From the NCBI GenBank assembly GCA_963729625.1, contig CAVSOU010000008.1, forward strand, positions 448,001 to 512,000: a stretch of 64,000 nucleotides of DNA. The letters run 5' to 3'. A model generated the notes under the pieces. That model was not told the DNA's origin, did no database searches, and saw only the letters and a program-made list of their open reading frames with translations. Shown one piece after another: positions 18,076 through 30,197 of this stretch (position 1 is its first letter; every line of letters starts with the position of its first letter). A program made the translations under genes and the position numbers. The DNA comes from an uncultured bacterium (GTDB lineage Bacteria; Chloroflexota; UBA5177; JANWHV01).

Positions 18076-20585
18076 TAGATCTGCTGCGGAAGACCTGCGC
18101 CGCGCATCGCGACAAGACCGCGCTGTCTCTTCATTCGGGGCTGAGCGACGACGCATGGAGCTATGGCCGGCTCTGGAACGGCGCTCACGCCGTAGCCCGT
18201 TACCTGCGCCGGGACCTGGGGCTGGTCGTGGGCGATCGCGTGATCGTCTGGGGCCTGAATTGCCCCGAGCTGGTAGCCACGTACTTTGGCGTCATGCTGG
18301 CACGGCTTATAGTAGTGCCTATAGATCCGTCGGCCAGGCCCGAGTACACCGGCCGAATCGCGAAGAGGACGCGGGCCGCTATCGTGGTCAGTGGCTTCGC
18401 GGCGCCGGACCTTCCGGAATGCAAGACCATTCCGCTTGCCGATCTGCCGTTCGGAGCGCCCGGCGCGCCTATCGAGGACTACCCGGCAGCGCACGAGATC
18501 GCGGAGATAGTCTTCACTTCCGGCACGACGGGCGAGCCGAAAGGCGTGATGCTGACGCACGCCAATATCGTGGCGGATATCCGCTCTGCCCGGAACCTCA
18601 TACCCGCGGATTCGCGCTACCGCTTGCTCTCGATCCTGCCGCTATCGCATATGCTGGAGCAGACCGCCGGTCTCTACCTACCACTGTCCTTCGGTGCGAC
18701 CATTCACTATTCGCAGAGCCGCCATCCCGCGACGATTCTCAAGATACTGCAGCAGCACCACATCACCATGATGGCCGTAGTACCTCAGATACTGCGCCTG
18801 TTGCTCGACAGTATCGAGCGCGAGGTGAGCCGCCAAGGCAAGACGTCGGAATGGCGCCGAGCACACCGGCTGGCCGAACGCCTGCCGATGGCCGTGCGAC
18901 GCCAGGTCTTCCGCGACGTGCACGCCACGCTCGGAGGCGCATTCCGGTTCTTCGTCTGCGGAGGTGCGTATCTGCCGCCACCGTTGGCTATTGCCTGGGA
19001 ACACATTGGCATCAAGGTTGCCCAGGGCTACGGCGCCACGGAATGCGCGCCGATCATCAGCGGGAATAGTCTCCGGAAGCGCGTTCACGGCTCGGTGGGT
19101 AAAGTCGTGCCGGGCATGGACGTTCGCCTGTCCGCTGAAGGCGAAATACTGGTAAAGGGCGCCAACGTCATGCAGGGCTACTGGCAGGATGAGGTGGCGA
19201 CGCGAAATGCGTTTACTGATGGCGGATGGTATCGCACCGGCGACATCGGAGAGATCGACCGGCACGGCTCTATCTACCTCAAGGGGCATTTGAAGGACAT
19301 TGTCGTCCTGCCGAACGGCCTTAACGTCTATCCCGAAGATGTAGAACGAGTGCTCAAGACGGCGGAAGAAGTAACCGATTGCATCGTGCTCGGCCTGCGT
19401 GATGCCGCGGGCAATGCTCGCGTGCATGCCGTGGTGATTCCGGCCGACTCGAGTGGGGACGCGCATGGACGCGTGGATCAAGCGGTGCGGAGGTCCAATG
19501 CCCGCCTGGCGCCTCACCAACGTATCAAGAGCTTCAGCGTGTGGGAGGGGAGCGACTTTCCGCGCACCAACACGCTCAAGGTGAAGCGTCATGAAGTGCT
19601 GGCGACGCTATCCGCGCCAACGCATCCTCACGAGAATGTCCGGCCACCGGAGACGGACACTCGCTTGCTTCGCCTCAAGGGCATGCTCGCCGAGCTTGGC
19701 GGCGTTGACTCCACGGCCGTGACACCGAACGCCGATCTCGCGCTCGACCTCCATCTCGACTCGCTCGCTCGCGTCGAGTTGGCAGCGCGGCTTGAAGCAG
19801 ACCTTGGCATGCCTCTGGAAGAGGAAAGCCTGACCGCGGTCAACACGGTGGCCCAGCTGCTGGAGTTGCTATCTCGAGCGATGGTCCCCTCGCCGGCAGT
19901 ACCGATAGCGACCTGGCCGCTGAGCCGGCAGGCGCGGATTGTTCGCATCGCGCTGCTGCGCGCCCTCGTCTTTCCCGTGCATGGGATGGTGTGCCGCCCA
20001 TTCACCGTCGAGGGCCGAGAGCATCTGCAAGATCTCACGCTGCCCGCTCTTTTCGTGGCGAACCATGGTAGTCATCTGGACACGCCTTCGATCCTGCGTG
20101 CATTGCCGGCCCGCATTCGACGGCGCACGGCCGTGGCCGCGGCGGCCGACTATTTCTATCGCTCGCGTCCTGCCGGTTTCGCTCTATCGCTTGCGCTCAA
20201 TGCGTTCCCCTTTTCACGTGAGGGAACCGTGCGCGCGAGCCTGAGCCATTGCGGCAAACTGGTAGAAGACGGGTGGTCGCTGCTCATTTACCCAGAAGGC
20301 ACGCGGTCATGCACCGGAGAGATGTTGCCGTTCAAGAGCGGGATCGGCCTCTTGGCGACCGAGCTGCAGATACCGATCGTGCCGATCGCCGTCGAAGGTA
20401 CGTGCGCGATTCTGCCAAAGGGCAGTCGCTGGCCGCGGCCGGGACCGGTAGCGGTCAAGATCGGCACCCCGATCCATTTCGAGCAAGGAACCAGCCGCAC
20501 CGGCGCTGCGGCACAGTTGCAGGACGCCGTAACAAGCCTGCTGCAACCCGGTAGTACCATAGTTGAGGCGATCGCGGATTCGTAG
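18063..20585 (+). CDS. AMP-dependent acyl ligase + ACP + PlsC-type acyltransferase fusion
   Basis: FTSGTTGEPKG, GYGATE, RTGDIG; LDSLARVEL (phosphopantetheine Ser); NHGSHLD and YPEGTR. Confidence 0.9.
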   Translation: METLIDLLRKTCAAHRDKTALSLHSGLSDDAWSYGRLWNGAHAVARYLRRDLGLVVGDRVIVWGLNCPELVATYFGVMLARLIVVPIDPSARPEYTGRIAKRTRAAIVVSGFAAPDLPECKTIPLADLPFGAPGAPIEDYPAAHEIAEIVFTSGTTGEPKGVMLTHANIVADIRSARNLIPADSRYRLLSILPLSHMLEQTAGLYLPLSFGATIHYSQSRHPATILKILQQHHITMMAVVPQILRLLLDSIEREVSRQGKTSEWRRAHRLAERLPMAVRRQVFRDVHATLGGAFRFFVCGGAYLPPPLAIAWEHIGIKVAQGYGATECAPIISGNSLRKRVHGSVGKVVPGMDVRLSAEGEILVKGANVMQGYWQDEVATRNAFTDGGWYRTGDIGEIDRHGSIYLKGHLKDIVVLPNGLNVYPEDVERVLKTAEEVTDCIVLGLRDAAGNARVHAVVIPADSSGDAHGRVDQAVRRSNARLAPHQRIKSFSVWEGSDFPRTNTLKVKRHEVLATLSAPTHPHENVRPPETDTRLLRLKGMLAELGGVDSTAVTPNADLALDLHLDSLARVELAARLEADLGMPLEEESLTAVNTVAQLLELLSRAMVPSPAVPIATWPLSRQARIVRIALLRALVFPVHGMVCRPFTVEGREHLQDLTLPALFVANHGSHLDTPSILRALPARIRRRTAVAAAADYFYRSRPAGFALSLALNAFPFSREGTVRASLSHCGKLVEDGWSLLIYPEGTRSCTGEMLPFKSGIGLLATELQIPIVPIAVEGTCAILPKGSRWPRPGPVAVKIGTPIHFEQGTSRTGAAAQLQDAVTSLLQPGSTIVEAIADS

Positions 20586-20607
20586 CCGGCGGGAGGTACA
20601 TGCTTCG

Positions 20608-21165
20608 ATGATCACCGAGCTGATTGTGCAGAGCACGACTCTGCGCCTGCTGCGTGGCAACATCGTGGAGGTAGAGGCAGATGCGATCGTCAACGCGGCC
20701 AACAGCGGACTTGCCGGCGGTGGCGGCGTCGACGGCGCCATTCATCGCGCGGGTGGCCCCTCAATCATGGCCGAATGCCGCCGCATCGGCCACTGCCCCA
20801 CTGGTAGCGCGGTCATTACCGGCGCCGGCAATTTGCCCGCGCGTTACGTGATCCACGCCGTGGCGCCACTCTACGATGGCGGTACTCGAGGCGAAGCAGA
20901 ATTGCTGCGCAGCGCCTACGTGGCAAGCCTGGCTCTGGCCGACGAGCGCTCACTGCGGAGCATTGCCTTTCCGGCGCTCGGCACCGGGGCCTATCGCTAC
21001 CCCTTGCGAGAAGCAGCGGAGATCGCGTTGCACACGATCGTCACGCATCTGCAAAGCGCTACCTCACTCCATGAAGTGACCATGGTGCTTTTTGCCGCGC
21101 CAGATCTCGCGACTCACGCCGAGGTGCTGGAGCGACTGGCCCAATCCTTGAGCAACGCGGGATAG
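20608..21165 (+). CDS. Macrodomain protein (O-acetyl-ADP-ribose deacetylase, YmdB-like)
   Basis: DAIVNAANSGLAGGGGVDGAIH, VIHAVAP and AFPALGTGAY. Confidence 0.92.
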   Translation: MITELIVQSTTLRLLRGNIVEVEADAIVNAANSGLAGGGGVDGAIHRAGGPSIMAECRRIGHCPTGSAVITGAGNLPARYVIHAVAPLYDGGTRGEAELLRSAYVASLALADERSLRSIAFPALGTGAYRYPLREAAEIALHTIVTHLQSATSLHEVTMVLFAAPDLATHAEVLERLAQSLSNAG

Positions 21166-22349
21166 ACCGGCTCGCTGGAGATGCGCTCGAGCACGGCGAA
21201 GCGATCGTCGCCCAGCAACAACGGCTGCACGAGCATGCGCCCGTAGGTGTAGGTGAAGGCGTAGGTGCGCCAGAGCGGCGAGCCGATGAATTCCAGCGCC
21301 TTGATCGCCTCCTTGGGCGTGAGCAATGCCCAGCGCTGCAGATAGGCGGACACCTCGTCCACTCCCATGCCGCGTTCGTGGAGCAGGATGGCAGCATTGC
21401 AGCGCACGCTGCGCGCGTGCCACATGGCTCGCCTGACGGCCAGGGCCTGTTCGACGTTCATAGCGATACCGATGCCGGGCAGCAGGTGCTCGGCGGTCCA
21501 GGCCAGATCGGCGTCGCCCGGAAAGACCACCGAGCAGGCGGAGGTCGCAATTCCCTCCGAAATCACGCATTCGGGCGTGTTGATCAATTGCACGGCGTAC
21601 TCGGCATTTCCATCGCGCAGGTACTGGCGGGTTTCGCGAAGAGCGTGCTCCGTATGATGGCCGGGGTAGCCTTCGTGCGCCATCAGGTCGACAAGAGTAT
21701 GTACGTGCACGGGAAGGTCGGTGTTCATCTCGACACGGGACCGCGCCTCGCCGAGATACCAATTGTAGCCGCTCCAGGGCTGATCCCGTACCAACGTCAC
21801 CTCGATACTTTCGCCCGCCGGCAGCGTGATGTGCTCGGCCGTACGGGCCCGGAGATCGGCGGTGATATGTGCCAGCAACGCCGGCAGCTGTTCCGGCGCC
21901 ACCTCCAGTTGACGGCGATAGGCCGCCAGGCGATCTGCCAGAGAACCGCTTCCGGGAAGAGCACGCTCGAGCGCCTCATGCGCGTGGGCGAACTCGTCCT
22001 CCGGCATCATCTCGACCTCCAGGTCGAAGAGGACACGCGCCTGCTCCGTCAGGCCAATGATTTCGCCCTGAAGAAGCCGCGTGCTTGCCCGCAAGGCCGC
22101 GACCTGCCGGTACAGATAGTCCTTACGCGCCTGCGCGTAGCCCGTCGCGGGTAGCGAGTCAAGCAACGCAGTCGCCGCGTGCTCGAGATCGGCCGCGCTT
22201 GGCGCCGGCTCGCGGAGCACGGCTTCGCGCCAATTAGCCGGTCCCGTCCAGGCATCGACAGTGCCGGGCGCCAGGCGGTCGAGCCGCAGAGATAGGAGCG
22301 CGTAGTCTCGCGTCCAGTCGTCGAACAATCCAGCGCGGTCCTCGGCCAT
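21114..22349 (-). CDS. DUF885-like putative zinc metallopeptidase
   Basis: HEGYPGHH zinc motif followed by SEG; WSGYNWYLG. Confidence 0.7.
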   Translation of the reverse strand: MAEDRAGLFDDWTRDYALLSLRLDRLAPGTVDAWTGPANWREAVLREPAPSAADLEHAATALLDSLPATGYAQARKDYLYRQVAALRASTRLLQGEIIGLTEQARVLFDLEVEMMPEDEFAHAHEALERALPGSGSLADRLAAYRRQLEVAPEQLPALLAHITADLRARTAEHITLPAGESIEVTLVRDQPWSGYNWYLGEARSRVEMNTDLPVHVHTLVDLMAHEGYPGHHTEHALRETRQYLRDGNAEYAVQLINTPECVISEGIATSACSVVFPGDADLAWTAEHLLPGIGIAMNVEQALAVRRAMWHARSVRCNAAILLHERGMGVDEVSAYLQRWALLTPKEAIKALEFIGSPLWRTYAFTYTYGRMLVQPLLLGDDRFAVLERISSEPVYPALLKDWASRSSTSA

Positions 22350-22736
22350 CAGAGCTCTGCCGAGCTAGGCATCGCCCGCGACTCCGCGACCGTTATGCGC
22401 TCTGGTCGTCGCTCAGCAACCATATGTGAGGCCCTCCCGTCACCTTCTAGCATATCAGCGCGTGGTCACTTTCTCCGGCGTCCTGGCGGCGCGGCCAGCG
22501 TGTCATTGTTGAACTCTTCCGCAGAGTGTAGCCGGCTGGAATGGATGTGCCTGCTTCACGGACGCAGCCCCAGTGCAAAACCCAGCTGAAACATGCGTGT
22601 CCGCGCCGCCAAGCAGCGTTGGCCACGTGCACGATTGCCGGGTGCGCCCCCGGTATAGCACGATATAGCCGGCTATCAGGAGAAGAGCCTATACTCAATA
22701 GGCAATTTCCAGCCATCATACAAGGGCGTATCTCCA

Positions 22737-24671
<1,935 letters not shown>

Positions 24672-24743
24672 GCCGCGCAGGGTGTCTCCGCCGGCTCGCA
24701 GCAGGATGCTCGCGATCGAGCACGGTCGCATCGTAGCGGCCGG

Positions 24744-25247
24744 TTACGACAGTGACATCCCGATCTCCGGCCATTGACCCAGCACATCGACGAAATGCGG
24801 CGGCGTGAAGTGCCAGTCCTCGCCCTGGAATGGGCGCACCAGGTCGACCGACCAACCTGCCACGTCGTAGCCGCTGGCAATGGCGACCTGCGTGGCGGCA
24901 ACCTGGTCCAGCCGGCGCAATTCGCCGCTGATCTTGTAGGCGACGACAACTCTATCGTCAGGCAGGCGCAGGACCAGGTACGCGTTCCAGGGAGCAACAA
25001 TCAGCGTACGGCTGCGGATGGCGGTATCCAGGGCTTTGTCCAGGGTGTTCGTGACGTCCACCACCATGCGTGGCGCGACGCCGGACCCCCAGCGGCGCGT
25101 TTCCTCCTGCGATGGCCGGCGCAGGGCTGCCAGTGTATATGGATAGGCGGGAATGAGGCCGCGCGGCGCCGCGCAGTAGACCCTCTCGTTCGCCGCGTGA
25201 TAGAGAACGCTGCCCGGCCAGTGCTTGATCGGTTCGTATCGCGCCAC
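24744..25247 (-). CDS. Hypothetical protein
   Basis: ORF fills the gap; GTG with GAGGA SD; GC3-biased codons. Confidence 0.55.
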   Translation of the reverse strand: MARYEPIKHWPGSVLYHAANERVYCAAPRGLIPAYPYTLAALRRPSQEETRRWGSGVAPRMVVDVTNTLDKALDTAIRSRTLIVAPWNAYLVLRLPDDRVVVAYKISGELRRLDQVAATQVAIASGYDVAGWSVDLVRPFQGEDWHFTPPHFVDVLGQWPEIGMSLS

Positions 25248-25391
25248 TGCCCGGTCCTCGCGCTGCACGTCAACTCGATATTGCTCCAGTGTACTACAGC
25301 CGGATTGAGCCTGGGCGCGCCAGGCACAACTTCCCTTTGCTGCTGCTCTATGGTTAACTATGCAAGATGATGTAGGGAGGGTGATGCCGCG

Positions 25392-25952
25392 ATGGAACGA
25401 CCAAATCTACCGCAACTCAGTTTCGACGAGTATTACATGGGCCTGGCTATTGCCGTCAGGCGACGGGCAAACTGCGTGGGCACGCGGGTCGGCGCCGTCC
25501 TCGTCAAGGACAACCGTGTGCGGGCGACCGGCTATAACGGTGTGCCCGAACACATGACAAACTGCGTGGACGGCGGCTGCGAGCGCTGTGCCAATCGGGA
25601 GAGGTATGGCGGCGGCGAAGCCTACGATCTCTGTATCTGCGTCCACGCCGAGCAGAACGCCCTGATGGTCGCCGCGCGCTACGGCATCGCCGTAAACGGC
25701 GCCCTCATCTATACCACCGTACGGCCGTGTTTCGGCTGTACCAAGGAGCTGCTGCAGTCCGGCGTGATTGGCGTGCGTTACCTCTACGATTGGAAGCCTC
25801 GGCCCGAGGCCGCGGGCGCCTATCGTCTGATTCAGGGCCGGTTCGGTGAAGGAATCAAGCGGGTAGTGGTTCCCGATCCGGATGAAGCCTGGGCCATGCC
25901 GCCCCAATCGCGCGAATTGCCGGCGGGCGGCCAGGAGCCGGCAGTAAACTGA
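25392..25952 (+). CDS. dCMP deaminase family (ComEB-like)
   Basis: TGYNG, HAEQNA and PCFGC. Confidence 0.92.
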   Translation: MERPNLPQLSFDEYYMGLAIAVRRRANCVGTRVGAVLVKDNRVRATGYNGVPEHMTNCVDGGCERCANRERYGGGEAYDLCICVHAEQNALMVAARYGIAVNGALIYTTVRPCFGCTKELLQSGVIGVRYLYDWKPRPEAAGAYRLIQGRFGEGIKRVVVPDPDEAWAMPPQSRELPAGGQEPAVN

Positions 25953-25964
25953 CAGCCAGCGCGT

Positions 25965-26930
25965 TCAGCTCATGGCGACCGGAGCAATAACCTCGTCGAT
26001 CGCTCGCAAGGTCGCCTGATCCAGCGAGATATCCGCCGCCTTCACGTTCTCGTCGATCTGCTCCGGACGCGAGGCGCCGATGATGGCGCTGCTCACGCCG
26101 TGTTGACGCAGCACCCAGGCCAGGGCGAGTTGGCTCATGGTGATACCCAGCCCATCCGCGATCGGGCGCAGGCGATCGACCGCCTGCAGCACGCGCTCTT
26201 CCAGGAAGCGGCCCAGGAACTGCGATGCTTCGCCGCCAATGGCGGCGCGCGATCCGGCGGGCGGCGGCTGGCCGGGCCGGTATTTGCCGGTCAGCACTCC
26301 CTGCGCCAGAGGCGAGAATACGATCTGGCCGATACCCTCGCGCTCGCAGAGCGGGAGCACGTCCTTCTCTAAGTACCGCTCCAATAGACTATAGCGCGGC
26401 TGATTGGAGGCGATCTGGTCCATGTTATGCTCGCGAGCGAAGGACACGGCGCTGCCGATCTGCTCGGCGCTCCACTCGCTCACGCCCGCGTAGAGCACCT
26501 TGCCCTGGCTGATCAGGTCGTCGAGCGCGCGCAGCGTCTCTTCCAGCGGGGTGTCGACATCGTACCGGTGGCACTGGTAGATGTCGACGTAGTCCACACC
26601 CAGTCGCCGCAGCGAGGCGTGCGCCTGCTCCATGATGTGCTTGCGGGAGAGGCCATGGTCGTTTGGTCCCTCGCCCATCTGGAAGAACACCTTGGTAGCC
26701 AGGACATACGACGATCGCGGGACACCCTGTAGCGCACGGCCAAGCACTTCCTCTGCGCCGCCCCGACGATAGGCGTTCGCGGTATCGAAGAGATTGATGC
26801 CGCTATCGAAGGCGTGACGGACACAGGCAATTGCCGTCTGATCCTCCACGTAACCGCCGTGAGTAAGCCAGTTCCCCAGCGCGATCGCGCTGACCTTCAA
26901 TCCTGTTTTGCCTAACCGTCGATACTGCAT
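25965..26930 (-). CDS. Aldo/keto reductase
   Basis: YRRLGKTGLKVS, FDTANAY, ATK, DIYQCHR and SPLAQGVLTGKY. Confidence 0.95.
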   Translation of the reverse strand: MQYRRLGKTGLKVSAIALGNWLTHGGYVEDQTAIACVRHAFDSGINLFDTANAYRRGGAEEVLGRALQGVPRSSYVLATKVFFQMGEGPNDHGLSRKHIMEQAHASLRRLGVDYVDIYQCHRYDVDTPLEETLRALDDLISQGKVLYAGVSEWSAEQIGSAVSFAREHNMDQIASNQPRYSLLERYLEKDVLPLCEREGIGQIVFSPLAQGVLTGKYRPGQPPPAGSRAAIGGEASQFLGRFLEERVLQAVDRLRPIADGLGITMSQLALAWVLRQHGVSSAIIGASRPEQIDENVKAADISLDQATLRAIDEVIAPVAMS

Positions 26931-27315
26931 CAGCACTCTCCTGCTCACCCGCTGCCGGGGATTCGTCTGTCGACCGCGGCGCTGACCGGCCCTGTCATGC
27001 CCAGGTTCGCCGTTGTCACGCGTTCGGTTGCCCGCCGTCGGCCCCCGAGAAGCATACCGCGTTCCGCGGAGGACAGCCCGCCAGCGGTGCCCAAAGCTGT
27101 CCTGAAATACACTTTTACGCCACTCGCTCCATCACTTGCGCGCTGCTATCATGGGCTGTACATAGGACAGACGACCTGGAACCGGTACTATCGCGACATG
27201 AGCCAGCCGGCCGCCTTCGTGCACGGCATATGCGGAGTCCGGAGCTACGACACCAGTAGTCGAGAACTGAGCTCGGCGATAAGGCGCCGCCTGCGCCTGA
27301 CCGTGGTGGGGGATC

Positions 27316-28413
27316 ATGAATTTCGATAATCTCTCGCCGATGGCGGCGGCTGAGCACGTTGTGCGCGGGCGCGGGGCGGGAAACGACGGCGCCGAGCCGG
27401 CGGTTGTGGTGCGGGACTTGCGGAAAGTCTACCGGGTGCCGGAGCGCGAGGCGGGCTTCGGCGCTTCGCTGCGCAGCCTTGTGCACCGCACCTTTCGCGA
27501 GGTGCGAGCGGTCGACGGCATCAGCTTCACCGTGTCGCCCGGCGAGGTAGTCGGCTTTCTGGGGCCGAACGGCGCCGGCAAGACTACCACGCTCAAGATG
27601 CTGTCCGGACTGCTCTACCCCTCGTCGGGAGATGTGCGCGTGCTCGGCTGCCTGCCCTTCCGCCGCGAGCATGCCTTTCTGCGCCGTATCACCATGGTGA
27701 TGGGCAACAAATCGCAGCTGCAATGGGACCTGCCTGCCGCCGACTTCTTCCAGATCAATCGAACGCTCTACCGGCTCTCGGATCATACCTTTCGGAAGGC
27801 GCTGGACGAGCTGGTCGAGCTGCTCGACCTTGGCGCTCTGCTCAAGAAGCAGGTGCGCTCGCTGAGCCTGGGCGAGCGAATGAAGTGCGAGCTGGCCGCC
27901 GCACTGCTCTACCGGCCCGAAATGCTTTTTCTGGACGAGCCAACCCTTGGACTGGACGTGACCATGCAGTCTCGCATCCGGCGCTTTGTCGCGGAGTACA
28001 ACGCGCGAACCGGCGCCACCGTACTGCTCACCAGTCACTACATGGCGGACGTGACGGCACTCTGCAAGCGCGTGATCGTGATCCACCACGGCAAGCTGCT
28101 CTATGACGGTCCACTGGACGATCTGGCCGGGCGTATCGCACCCTTCAAGCTGCTGCGCATCGACCTGGAGAACGAAGACAGCCTGCAAGCGCCCGAGCAG
28201 TACGGCCAGGTGGAGAGCCTCGAGGACGGCAAGCTGACACTGCGAGTGCCGAAGGAGGCAGCGCCGGCAGTCACCGCTCGCCTGCTGGCAGACCTGCCGG
28301 TGGTGGATCTCACGGTCGAAGATCCGCCGATAGAAAGCGTGATCGAACAGATCTTCCAGACCGCGGCGGGCGCCGCCCTGTCGGACCACGTGCCGGAGGG
28401 AGCGGGCAGGTGA
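27316..28413 (+). CDS. ABC-2 transporter ATP-binding protein
   Basis: GPNGAGKTT, LSLGERMK, FLDEPT and LTSH. Confidence 0.95.
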   Translation: MNFDNLSPMAAAEHVVRGRGAGNDGAEPAVVVRDLRKVYRVPEREAGFGASLRSLVHRTFREVRAVDGISFTVSPGEVVGFLGPNGAGKTTTLKMLSGLLYPSSGDVRVLGCLPFRREHAFLRRITMVMGNKSQLQWDLPAADFFQINRTLYRLSDHTFRKALDELVELLDLGALLKKQVRSLSLGERMKCELAAALLYRPEMLFLDEPTLGLDVTMQSRIRRFVAEYNARTGATVLLTSHYMADVTALCKRVIVIHHGKLLYDGPLDDLAGRIAPFKLLRIDLENEDSLQAPEQYGQVESLEDGKLTLRVPKEAAPAVTARLLADLPVVDLTVEDPPIESVIEQIFQTAAGAALSDHVPEGAGR

Positions 28414-29198
28414 TCGGAGCGCTGCGAATCTACCTGATCCTATCCTGGTCAGAGATCGTGGCCTATCGCGTGGTCTTCTTTCTGTACGCGCTGTGGGCTA
28501 TCTTCCCCCCGCTAATCTACCTGGCAGTCTGGGCGACGATCGCCAACGCGGGGCCGATCGATTCTTTCACGACGAGCGATTTTGTCGCGTACTACCTGGT
28601 CTTCATGGTGGTCAACCACCTCACCGCCTCCATCGAAATCCACACGGTCGAATGGGAAATTCGCCAGGGCGCTATCTCCTCGCGCCTGCTGCTTCCCGTG
28701 CACCCGGCTATCCGGCCGCTCACCAGCAACCTGTGTTTCAAAGGGATCGGACTGTTTGTGGTGGCGCCGGGCGTGCTGCTGCTGGCGCTCATATTCCGTC
28801 CGCAGTTCCACACCGACCCCCAGAACATCGTGTTGGCCGTAGCTGCCACGCTGATGGCCGCGGCACTGCAGTTCCTCATCGGGTTCACGATCGCCATGCT
28901 GGCCTTTTGGATCACGCGCGCCGATGCGGTTGACCAGTTGCACGGAATGCTTCTGTTCCTCCTTTCTGGCCAGCTGGCGCCGCTCGCACTCTTTCCCAGC
29001 GCTCTGCGCACGGTGGCCACTGCTCTTCCCTATCGCTACATGCTCTCGTTCCCGGTAGAGGTTGCCACCGGCAGCCTTTCGACGGGCGATACCGTCCTAG
29101 GCTTTGTCCTGCAGATCGGCTGGCTCATAGCGGGCTGGAGCATGTTCCGCCTCGTCTGGGCGCGCGGCGTTCGGCACTATTCGGCCGTGGGAGGCTAG
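28410..29198 (+). CDS. ABC-2 family permease (DUF990 type)
   Basis: Six TM helices, IRQG..LLPV, LSGQLAPLALFP and YSAVGG; overlaps the ATPase stop. Confidence 0.9.
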   Translation: MIGALRIYLILSWSEIVAYRVVFFLYALWAIFPPLIYLAVWATIANAGPIDSFTTSDFVAYYLVFMVVNHLTASIEIHTVEWEIRQGAISSRLLLPVHPAIRPLTSNLCFKGIGLFVVAPGVLLLALIFRPQFHTDPQNIVLAVAATLMAAALQFLIGFTIAMLAFWITRADAVDQLHGMLLFLLSGQLAPLALFPSALRTVATALPYRYMLSFPVEVATGSLSTGDTVLGFVLQIGWLIAGWSMFRLVWARGVRHYSAVGG

Positions 29199-29200
29199 CT

Positions 29201-30007
29201 ATGCGGAAGACGCTGCGGCTGTATCTGGCCATCTTCGCCGTCTACTTCCGCGCCTCGCTGCAGAATGAGCTTGCCTATCGTATCAATTTCGTGGTGAACG
29301 TCGGCCTGGCTCTGGTCAGCCTGGCCAATGCCCTGATCGGTGTATCCGTGATCTTTTCACACACGACGACCCTGAGTGGATGGACGTTCTCCGAAACCCT
29401 GGTGTTGCTCAGCGTGTACACCATCGTCAACGGCCTGCTCAACGTCTTCGTGGCACCCAACCTCGATCAATTGAGCGAGAGCATTCGCCAGGGCACACTG
29501 GATTTCACGCTGCTCAAGCCGGCCAGCAGCCAGTTCCTCGTCAGCTTCCAGCGCTGCCTGATCTGGGGCATGACAGATGTCGCGCTCGGCATTGGCCTGC
29601 TGGTCTACAGCCTGACCAGGGTGTCCGGCGAGAGCGGCATCGGAGCCGGTCCGCTTGCCCTGTTTGCCCTTACCCTGGCCGCGGGCGTGGTCGTGCTCTA
29701 CTGCCTGTGGACGATGCTGGCTACGTTCGCCTTCTGGTTCGTGCGCATCGACAACATGACCACGGTGCTGCACACCTTCTTCGGCATGGGCCGCTTCCCG
29801 GTTGACGCCTATCCACTGTGGATGCGCCGCGTGCTGACCTTCGTAGTACCGGTCGCCCTGATCACCACCGTGCCGGCGGAGGCCCTCAGCGGGCGGCTCA
29901 CGCCGATAGTTCCGGTTGTCTCGGTGACCGTGGCGCTCATCATGACCTGGCTCAGCACCCGTCTCTGGCGGCTCGGCCTTCGCCAGTACACCAGCGCCTC
30001 AAGCTAA
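29201..30007 (+). CDS. ABC-2 family permease (DUF990 type)
   Basis: IRQGTLDFTLLKP, GRFPVDAYP and YTSASS. Confidence 0.9.
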   Translation: MRKTLRLYLAIFAVYFRASLQNELAYRINFVVNVGLALVSLANALIGVSVIFSHTTTLSGWTFSETLVLLSVYTIVNGLLNVFVAPNLDQLSESIRQGTLDFTLLKPASSQFLVSFQRCLIWGMTDVALGIGLLVYSLTRVSGESGIGAGPLALFALTLAAGVVVLYCLWTMLATFAFWFVRIDNMTTVLHTFFGMGRFPVDAYPLWMRRVLTFVVPVALITTVPAEALSGRLTPIVPVVSVTVALIMTWLSTRLWRLGLRQYTSASS

Positions 30008-30197
30008 TTGGCTGACGTTGTCGCTGCAGGCCACCCTGAAAGGTCCGATCAACGGCGTGACTGTGTCCGGCACGATGACGCTGTCCGACATGCAGGATAC
30101 GATCCCGCTGGGCTGATCGGCTGCCGGCGCCATCGCACGTGCCGACATGTCGCTCTCGGTACAGACAGGCGACGGCTGCTCCTGTTAGCATGGAGCC

